From a virus (Duplodnaviria > Caudoviricetes): 34,879 bases of DNA. The stretch is taken from positions 1 through 34,879 of the IMG/VR virus record IMGVR_UViG_3300008255_000286, one strand, 5' to 3'. Each line of letters opens with the position of its first letter. Position 1 is the stretch's first letter. The notes below the pieces were generated by a model, which saw nothing but the letters and a program-made list of their open reading frames with translations, was not told where the DNA came from and made no database searches. Shown here piece by piece: positions 34,623-34,879 of the stretch. A program made the position numbers and the translations under genes.

Positions 34623-34840
34623 AGATGATTATTTGTTTAGATACTCGTACTTGCTAATGCTGTTGTGGACGACCTGAACGGGAATGCTGAAGTTTTGATT
34701 TTTGTTTATGTGTGCAATCATGTTACATTTGAAGTTTTGATTTTATCATACTAATATTGTTATTTCGTCCTCTATATACTTCTCTTCATTTTCTTGATTC
34801 CATTTTTTATATAGTTATTTACTTGTAAATATTAAGTGAA

Positions 34841-34866
34841 CGGAGGGCTTGAAAATAAGCCCTCCG
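34841..34866. terminator. GC-rich hairpin, possible intrinsic terminator
   Basis: CGGAGGGCTT-GAAAAT-AAGCCCTCCG, a perfect 10-bp stem; only a weak U-tract. Confidence 0.4.
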
Positions 34867-34879
34867 CGGTAACATCTAA

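Noticed and set aside
1-34879. Stop-codon reassignment
   Set aside because: Long conserved genes are intact in code 11, and TAA, TAG and TGA all terminate genes.

Overview
A 34.9-kb segment of a dsDNA tailed phage genome (standard genetic code, mostly minus-strand genes). The host may be a CPR/Patescibacteria-like bacterium, judging from a surface protein and leaderless promoters. It carries a replication/recombination module: partial RecA, RuvC-like resolvase, family-B DNA polymerase with one cis intein and one naturally split intein, SSB, PD-(D/E)xK exonuclease, probable annealing protein, primase-helicase, probable replication initiator, SNF2 helicase and DNA ligase. It also has a probable cytosine hypermodification pathway (dCMP-type thymidylate synthase homologue, dNMP kinase, all-alpha dNTPase, BGT-like glycosyltransferase, UDP-galactopyranose-mutase-like flavoenzyme), a plus-strand terminase pair with an intein, several NUMOD3/Vsr-type endonucleases, and decayed RNA-repair genes. 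The most striking element is at 32469-33929: a stand-alone minimal RAMP/Cas7-like gene followed by a non-coding array of about 105-120-nt units. Each unit is a conserved double hairpin plus a tract of 13-16 pentamers with strict 5-nt periodicity (NN + [A/C]G[U/A/C] on the transcribed strand). This looks like a VIPR-type RNA-guided system with a non-canonical constant triplet. Read as codon positions 1-2, the variable dinucleotides of two tracts spell Walker-B-like peptides. All calls are from reading the sequence by eye; no database searches were run.
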